NCBI GenBank assembly: GCA_963730935.1
Contig: CAVSTP010000004.1
Span: 640,001-704,000, forward strand
Direction: 5' to 3'
Source of the DNA: an uncultured Nitrospiraceae bacterium
GTDB lineage: Bacteria > Nitrospirota > Nitrospiria > Nitrospirales > Nitrospiraceae
Length of the DNA: 64,000 bases
Shown: one piece after another, positions 60,659 to 64,000 of the stretch
How positions within the stretch are numbered: position 1 is the first letter of the stretch
How the letters are laid out: every line of letters starts with the position of its first letter
The notes under the pieces: model-generated
Seen by the model: only the letters and a program-made list of their open reading frames with translations
The model's database searches: none
Told to the model about the DNA's origin: nothing
Program-made: the position numbers and the translations under genes

Positions 60659-62014
60659 TCAGGCCCGCTTGGACCCGCCCCCGAGCTGGGATGCCAAGCC
60701 CGCAATCTCGCCCAACTTCTTGGCCATTTCCTCGAACCGCTTGGTGGCCTGCTGCGCAGCCATCTCGGTTTCTGAGACGCGGCGGGCGAGGACCGAGTTG
60801 CGTTCCCGCTCGGTTTCCAAGAGCTGTTGGATTTCCTTCGCTTTTCCGCCGCTGCTCTCGGTGTCGGCCAGGCGACGGGTGAGCTCTTCTACACGCTGTT
60901 GTTCGCGGGAATACTGATGGGCTAACTCTTGCGAGCGACTCACCGCCTTCTCCATCGCCGTCATTTGTTGCACCAACTGCGTCGCCGCTTGGCGCTCGGC
61001 ATTCAAGGCGGCCTCCAGTTCCTGCACCCGGCCGACGGATTTCTGCAGCTCGTTCATGCGCTGTATCTGCTGCGCCGTCAACGCCCGTTCTTTCTGCAGC
61101 ACGCCCTCCAACTCCTGCGCGCGAGCAGCCTGGCTTTGTAACTCCGCGGCGAGCTTCTTGGATTGCGCCGCCTGTTCCCGCTCGTTCTTCCAGAGCGTTT
61201 CCAGCTCTTTCAGCCGTTGAGTGGCGTTGGCGAGTTCGTTCGCGGCCTTTTTCCCTTGTGCGGCCTGCTCGCGTTCGATGGCCAGCAACGATTCCAGCTC
61301 TTTGACACGCCCAGCCTGTACTTCCAGCTCTTTGAGGCGTCCCGACTGGGCTTCCAGTTCCTTGATCCGGCCTGCCTGGACCTCGAGGTCTTTGACCCGC
61401 GCGGCTTGGGTCTCCAGGTCTTTGACGCGACCGGCTTGATCCTCGAGTTGAGACAGACGTTGCGTCAATTGCGCCGTTTGACGACGTTCCTTTTCTAGCT
61501 CCGCTTCGACCTGTTTGAGTTTCTCGAGCGTCTGGCGAGAGAGATCCGTCGGCTCTGATGGAATCGCAACGCTGGGCGCGGGAGCCGGCGGAGCCGCAGG
61601 CGCAGAGGCGGGTTTGGCAGAAGCAGGAGCAGCGGCCGCTGCCTGTTGCTTCTTGCTCAGGAGCTCCAACACCCGGTCTTTGAGCGACGTGCCTTGGAAC
61701 GGCTTTTTCAGTACGCCGTCTGCGTGACACGACTCGGCCTGCTTGGTGACTTCGTCATTGACGATGCCGGAAATCAGCAGCACCGGCGTCTTCGCCAGGG
61801 CGGCCTGTCCGCGCACGAACGCGCAGACTTCATACCCGCTCTTGTCCGGCATGATGACGTCGGACACGATGAGGTCGGGGGCCTCTTTCGCGAGGAAGGC
61901 CAAGGCCTCTTCGCCGTTGGCCGCCAATGTCACGCCTAACCCGGCCTCCGTCAGCAGCCGTTCGGCAACCTTGCGAACGGCAATGCTATCGTCTGCGACC
62001 AGGATCTTCGGCAT
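60659..62014 (-). CDS. Response regulator with a long coiled-coil tail
   Basis: REC domain (ADDS, SDVIMP, KKPF), Ala/Pro linker and coiled coil. Confidence 0.88.
   Translation of the reverse strand: MPKILVADDSIAVRKVAERLLTEAGLGVTLAANGEEALAFLAKEAPDLIVSDVIMPDKSGYEVCAFVRGQAALAKTPVLLISGIVNDEVTKQAESCHADGVLKKPFQGTSLKDRVLELLSKKQQAAAAAPASAKPASAPAAPPAPAPSVAIPSEPTDLSRQTLEKLKQVEAELEKERRQTAQLTQRLSQLEDQAGRVKDLETQAARVKDLEVQAGRIKELEAQSGRLKELEVQAGRVKELESLLAIEREQAAQGKKAANELANATQRLKELETLWKNEREQAAQSKKLAAELQSQAARAQELEGVLQKERALTAQQIQRMNELQKSVGRVQELEAALNAERQAATQLVQQMTAMEKAVSRSQELAHQYSREQQRVEELTRRLADTESSGGKAKEIQQLLETERERNSVLARRVSETEMAAQQATKRFEEMAKKLGEIAGLASQLGGGSKRA
61292..61441 (-). repeat. Five in-frame 30-nt tandem repeats
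   Basis: DQAGRVKDLE TQAARVKDLE VQAGRIKELE AQSGRLKELE VQAGRVKELE. Confidence 0.85.
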
Positions 62015-62038
62015 GTATTATTCCTTTCTCTCAACACC

Positions 62039-62506
62039 TTATGACCGGAGGTGGTCCTGGCGATTGCGCCCCAGCCGTTGGAGCGCGACAATATCGATCT
62101 CTTGTCCTTCATCGGTGAAACTTCCCAGCGTTTCCAGGTCCAGGCGCTTGCTCGGCACGATGTGAGCGACATCCACATTGTGCAGCGAGGGAATGACGCC
62201 ATCGATGCAAATTGCCATGGGACCGTCGACATGACGCGCCACCAGACACAAGAGCGGATCGCCTTCGAGCTCCCGGCTGAGCCGGGTCGCCAAGTCATAG
62301 ACCGGCATCACGTCTTTTTCGCGTTTGAGCATGGCTCCGACAAACGGCGTACGGCTCGGGACCGGCACCGGATCGATCCATGCCGACACGCCGCCGACAT
62401 CCTCGGTGCGTGCCGCGAGTTTCTTCCCCCCGACGGAAAACACGACCACGTTCCATGATCGCTTGGCGCTGACCGCCTGGTCTTGTTGATGGGTTGCACG
62501 TAACAT
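62039..62506 (-). CDS. cheW: CheW-like protein
   Basis: VVFSVGG..LA, PVPSRTPFVG and PVYDL. Confidence 0.78.
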   Translation of the reverse strand: MLRATHQQDQAVSAKRSWNVVVFSVGGKKLAARTEDVGGVSAWIDPVPVPSRTPFVGAMLKREKDVMPVYDLATRLSRELEGDPLLCLVARHVDGPMAICIDGVIPSLHNVDVAHIVPSKRLDLETLGSFTDEGQEIDIVALQRLGRNRQDHLRS

Positions 62507-62513
62507 GCTGCAC

Positions 62514-62999
62514 CTACGGAGCTGACAAGGCGGTCGGCCGGCCGGTGCCGACGACTTCGCCCAACTCGCCTAAGACCCATTCCGGGCTGAGAATCAGCAC
62601 CAGATGATCGCGGTAATTGGTCGTCCCGGAAATCCAGGTGCGTTCTTCCTTCTGGAAGTGGGACGGAAGCGGTCGGCATTCCGCGCGTTCCACCTCGATC
62701 ATGCCGATGACTTCCTCGACGCGCACGGCGCCGTGGGTCTGGCTGTTCGAGTAGAGGACGACCCGCATGTCCGGATTGGATGTATCCAGCGCGGTGCCCA
62801 ACCGGCCGGCTAAATCCACGTCCTCGTACGTGACGCCGACCAACGTGACCCGGCCTGCCCTGCCCGCCTCTTGTGGTGTGAGCACACCCCGTACACCCTG
62901 AGACGGCAAGGCGCACCACTGTTTGCCGAAGCGCACGACCAGCAATCTGGCCGTCTGCACGACGGCAGTCGTTACCTTATGATGGCCTCGCAAACTCAT
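62514..62999 (-). CDS. cheW: CheW-like protein
   Basis: LVVRFG..WCALP, VRVEEVIG and LVLILSP. Confidence 0.75.
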   Translation of the reverse strand: MSLRGHHKVTTAVVQTARLLVVRFGKQWCALPSQGVRGVLTPQEAGRAGRVTLVGVTYEDVDLAGRLGTALDTSNPDMRVVLYSNSQTHGAVRVEEVIGMIEVERAECRPLPSHFQKEERTWISGTTNYRDHLVLILSPEWVLGELGEVVGTGRPTALSAP

Positions 63000-63053
63000 T
63001 CGAATCTCAATGCCCTTGCCGGCGCATCGGACGGTCCGAGGCCCACGGAAGCC

Positions 63054-64000
63054 CTACGCTTTCCGCGCAGGCGACTCTTGTCCGATCCACCGTTCCAGTT
63101 CTTGAATCAACGCCCGTTCTTCCACGGGCTTGGCGATGTACGAGCTGGCGCCGACGTTCAACGCCATCTGGCGGTGCTTGTCCCCGGCGCGAGTCGTCAT
63201 GACGATGATCGGCGTCTGTTGCGTCTGCGACCTGCTGCGCAACGCCTGGATCACTTCATACCCGTTCAACTTGGGCATCTCAAGGTCCGTGAGGATCAAT
63301 CGATAATTCTTCGCGGACGCTTTGCGTAGCCCTTCTTCTCCGTCCACCGCGGTATCCACTTCGTAGCCTGCGGTTTCCAGCATGCGTCCCACGAACTTTC
63401 TGATGCTCAAGGAGTCGTCGATCAGCAGAATCTTTTGCTCAACCGACGACTGCGCCGGCGCTTCCTCGAACGGCGTCTCGGCTGCACTACCGGTCGCCGC
63501 CTCATTCGAGGCTTCCAAGGGCACCACCGCCTTCTCGCCGCCGGAGCCCAGTCGAGCGGGATCGAGCACAAGCACGACGCGGCCTTCGGGATCGATCGTC
63601 GCACCGCCGAAGCTCGACCGCTCCAATGACTTGAGGGCTCCGATGGGCTTGATGACGATTTCCTGGCGGCCGAGCAACTCGTCCACGGCCAGACCGATGG
63701 GGCCTGTGCCCGTGCGCACAATGACGACCGGCTTGCCGATTTCGACCCGCCCCGAACCGTTTCGATACATCAATTGTTCCAAGGGCTGGACGTCGATCGC
63801 TTCGTCGCCGATGTGCAGCATGGCGCGCTCACCCATCTGCTGCAGTGATCCGGACGTCAGCATGGTCACCTCGCGCACGCTCGGCAAGGGAATCCCGTAG
63901 CGCTCCTCGCCGCACCGAACCATCAGCGCCGTCGCGATGAGGAGGGTGAGCGGCAGATGCAGCGTGAACTTCGTGCCCACGCCCCGCACGGATTCGACGT
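63054..64000 (-). CDS. cheA: CheA-type hybrid kinase, C-terminal part (end of HATPase, CheW, REC); truncated by the window edge
   Basis: GVGTKFTLHLPLTL, VDELLGRQEIVIKP, GATI..EGRVVLVLD and a REC domain. Confidence 0.88.
   Translation of the reverse strand, partial: VESVRGVGTKFTLHLPLTLLIATALMVRCGEERYGIPLPSVREVTMLTSGSLQQMGERAMLHIGDEAIDVQPLEQLMYRNGSGRVEIGKPVVIVRTGTGPIGLAVDELLGRQEIVIKPIGALKSLERSSFGGATIDPEGRVVLVLDPARLGSGGEKAVVPLEASNEAATGSAAETPFEEAPAQSSVEQKILLIDDSLSIRKFVGRMLETAGYEVDTAVDGEEGLRKASAKNYRLILTDLEMPKLNGYEVIQALRSRSQTQQTPIIVMTTRAGDKHRQMALNVGASSYIAKPVEERALIQELERWIGQESPARKA

Overview
This is a GC-rich bacterial chromosome window, most likely from Nitrospira or a relative. That placement is inferred from the DUF3015 lipoprotein, the hpnR methylase and the gene content; it is not proven. 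I found about 70 CDS and no rRNA, tRNA, CRISPR array, transposase or integrase. Recognisable housekeeping genes include prfC, zwf, a DeaD-type helicase, ppa, hrpB, a cold-shock protein and lptF-lptG-fabF-ACP-lpxD. Other loci are a lysine-catabolic operon, hpnR, a SoxC/cytochrome c sulfite dehydrogenase cluster with an exported truncated globin, a frameshifted SGNH hydrolase, and the 3' end of a chemosensory cluster. Five signals stand out. (1) Modular intergenic repeats, including two ~180-190 nt imperfect palindromes (21158-21351 and 23989-24167) with compensatory base changes; these repeats bracket small accessory gene groups. (2) A TIR-bounded MITE-like element. (3) A 132-aa protein carrying motifs like the sulfur oxygenase reductase active site (Cys, HxxxH, Glu). 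(4) His-less Hpt-like domains, both stand-alone and fused to a degenerate HD-GYP domain. (5) A compact HglS/DUF1338-like enzyme in the lysine operon. All family assignments come from motif recognition by eye; no database search was run.
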